A DNA stretch of 63,206 nucleotides, counting the filler, from Diploschistes diacapsis (lineage: Eukaryota): the NCBI GenBank assembly GCA_023645945.1. It is 15 parts of 15 records of this genome, joined end to end, with 100 filler letters (N's around TTAATTAATTAA, not from the genome) between each part and the next. Parts side by side here need not be neighbours in the genome. Positions count along the whole stretch, not along the records: positions 60,620 to 63,206 come from JALAIB010002148.1; 14 more parts are not named here. One strand, 5' to 3'. Numbering within the stretch: the first letter of the stretch is position 1; every line of letters begins with the position of its first letter. Below are positions 60,620 to 63,206 of this stretch, piece after piece. The notes beneath the pieces were generated by a model. It was not told where the DNA came from. It ran no database searches and worked only from the letters and a program-made list of their open reading frames with translations. Both the position numbers and the translations under genes were made by a program.

Positions 60620-62341
60620 CGGTTAAACAGAAAGAATGAATTAAACTTTCGAACAATATTTACGGTATTACGTTAATCAGAATATAGATAATTGGGTTGA
60701 ATTATTATCGAACGCCGAATACTATTTTAATAATAAATATAAAGAAATTAAAAAGATTTAGAATATACGATTACCCAATAACGAGATACTGAGAAATATT
60801 AAAAAATACACGATCTTAAAAAAGAATCATTAATTAAAAAAGGGAAATAAAATCTATCTATATATAAATAATTTTAGAACACGTAAACTTTTTAAAAAAC
60901 TCGATCACGTTAAAGTCGGATCTTTTCTTATCGATAAATAACCCGTTATACCGGACGAAATCAGACGAGTTAATTATCGACTTAAATTATTAAAGGACGT
61001 AAAAGTTTATTCAATGTTTTATTTACAATATCTCGAATTAATATATCTAGACATACCGTTATAAAAAACCTTTTATTTCGAAATAAATAACGAAAACGAA
61101 TACGAAGTTAAAAAGATCTTGAATAATAACCTTAACGGATTTCTTATTAAGTAGAAAGGATACTCGTTAGAACAGAACACGTGGAAATCTTTAGAAAATT
61201 TGAATAATTATAAGAACAAGATAAGAGAATATCGTAGACTTATTTAATTTAGAAGGATAGAAGTTTTATTTTTTAAAAATTAATTTAACTGAGCCGGCGA
61301 TATTGTAGTTAGTTTTAACAATTCTGGACCGAACTCCGAAGGCACGCCTTCTTAGGCGTTCGCGTACGTTTCGGACGATTTTAAATCTAGTTCTTTCGTT
61401 AAACATCTCGCTTGCGCGTTCGCACGATTTTCCGTTAGCTTAAGAATCTTTCGGTTACGGCGAATGCGACGTTTGCGTTAGAGACGACGATCTTTAATTT
61501 TACGGAGTTGTTTTTTTAGCTCTTCCTTTTGCTTATTATTTTCGTTAATAAGCTTTTTATCCTTCTCGATCTCGTCTTTTTTCGAAAGGATGATCCGTTT
61601 AATTACTTTTTATGTAATAGAGACACAGTTCTTTTTATTAGATTTAGTATAGCGAGTATATTTTATCGAGATAGAAGGCATCCTGATATAGTCGTGAAAG
61701 AATAGGTAGTGGTTATAAGATAATGTGTCTAAAAAGCCCCGAAGACGAATGATAGAGTTTAAACGTTTTTTTTGTATTAAAGATGAAGAAGATATCGCTG
61801 TCCTACGATTTAAGATTTTCTTTTGTTTAGTATTTATATTAATTCTTCGGTGCTTGTCGGGCCGATAAGGCTGAAGGAAAAGGATAATATTACGATCCAA
61901 GTTATTAGTCGGTAGTATTTAGTACGTAATAGCTAGTCGGGCATTTTTTAATTATTTTTTATATATAGTCCAATCAGGGTGACACGGGTCACGTGATGAG
62001 TAGAAGGTCTTAGAAACCATTTTATTTAGTTATAGGTAGAAAGGGAGAACGGTAATTTTATTTATTTATTTATTTACTTTATTGAGGGAGTTGTTGGTTA
62101 TATAGGAACGTCGTTATGGCTTTTATGAGTTTAGGGCGTGTTTACTTTTATAGATATCTTGAGTTATTGCTCGGGATTAATTTATATTCGTTATTTTTAT
62201 TATTTTAGAGCTTTTTTATTAGAGATAGTTTAAGATTTATGATTGTTCTATCTTCTTTTCCTGCCACATTCCTCTTCTAACAGAGATCAAACCCACCTTG
62301 ATCCTACTCGTGTATATCTTGTATAGATAGAGATCATAACA
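60620..62341 (+). mobile_element. Gypsy family-A (chromovirus) 3' end: integrase, chromodomain, antisense ORF 61795-61244, PPT, LTR 61888-62341
   Basis: G*TERMN*TFEQYLRYYV..NWVELL, KKLDHVKVGSF, EYEVKKIL..FLIK*KGY..NTWKSLENL. Confidence 0.9.
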
Positions 62342-62929
62342 CTAGTTTGCTTTCGATGTCTAGTACTTCTAAGTATAATAGATCTAGGAAATCTTAATTA
62401 AAGATATCTTCCGAGATACCAGATAATAATAGATAACTTTAAACTAGCTTCAAACTAGCAGAAAGAAGATCGAAGATCAGATCGACATATCTAGCTAAAA
62501 CTTGATTATAACTTAGTTAAAAAAAGGAAAGAAAGATAAAACAGTGCATAGAGCCAAGTTCTGGTAGCTATAAATGGAAAAATAGGGAAGTTCACAAAGA
62601 CCAAGCTTTAATATGAATTCTAGTCCACTAAAGAGGACTGATACAGACAAAGACTTGTTGCTGGAGCTCTAAAGACGCTCTAGGAATTAGTCGAACAATC
62701 GTTGCTACCAAATGTCAGTTTATAATCAAATTTGTAAGTGGTGAAAAAGATAGATTCTAAAAGCTAGGTAGGTGTAACGAGCTCTTATAGCAACAGGTAG
62801 TGGATGCCTAATGGCATCGTGGGCCATGACGTCACAAGCAACACCGGCAGATGCAAGTCTAAGCGACACGCAAGCGACACCTCCTAGTAGCAGCAACAGC
62901 CTGTAGCCATAGCTGCTATAGCTACTACA
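62342..62929 (-). mobile_element. Gypsy family-B 5' LTR (62713-62929) with intact PBS and leader
   Basis: TGTAGTAGC...ACTGACA, then TT and TGGTAGCAAC (complementary to an initiator tRNA-Met-type 3' end); leader homologous to 55650-55990. Confidence 0.82.
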
Positions 62930-63206
62930 GGGTTATTCGATTCGAATAACGTCAAATCGGGTTAGTTAATTCTAGAACGGCTCGTAACGCCTAATTAAAT
63001 TCTTTATTAACCTTTCGCAGTTCGGTTATATTTGGTAGAAAGTTATATAATAAGAATAAATCTAAATCGAATTAATTCGAGATTGAAAGAGGGCTGTAAA
63101 ATGGAAGTGAAAGGGTCCGGTAAGTCGAATAAAGTTTATTAAACACGGTTATAAAATTAATAAATTATAATTCAATATTAATAAAGCTTATTTAAACGTT
63201 TCGATT

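Noticed and set aside
1..63206. rRNA, tRNA, telomere repeats, Starship captain or Fanzor/TnpB genes
   Set aside because: None recognised by manual reading; small ncRNAs cannot be excluded without a covariance-model search.

Overview
Eukaryotic DNA from a filamentous ascomycete (Pezizomycotina; a lichen-forming lineage is only a guess). The window is not one locus. It is 15 contigs joined by 14 artificial 100-nt linkers (44 N + TTAATTAATTAA + 44 N): one gene-rich contig (1-25312), then 14 contigs of about 2.6 kb in descending length order. The large contig carries Sfi1 (absent from the ORF track), an NDUFAF8-like CX9C gene, cytosolic Ile-tRNA synthetase, a Gyp5-like Rab-GAP with a GC-AG intron, an OGFr-domain gene, an SDR, a decayed flavin monooxygenase, an M13 peptidase, a PTH11-like membrane protein, an FAD monooxygenase and the start of a Tc1 element. 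The small contigs hold fragments of MPP10, calcineurin B, complex I 17.8 kDa subunit, an MFS transporter and a membrane protein, plus AT-rich, RIP-like mutated transposons (two gypsy LTR families, a copia-type LTR element and a TIR element with internal arrays). The most interesting signal is in one chromovirus family. Between its pol/chromodomain end and its 3' LTR it carries an antisense ORF of about 170-185 codons, encoding a Zn2Cys6-like six-cysteine motif plus a coiled coil. The ORF is visible in four copies and faces a TATA/CCAAT/CACGTG cluster in the LTR. A second candidate is an unannotated 53-aa CaaX ORF. All calls come from manual reading and translation; no database searches were run.
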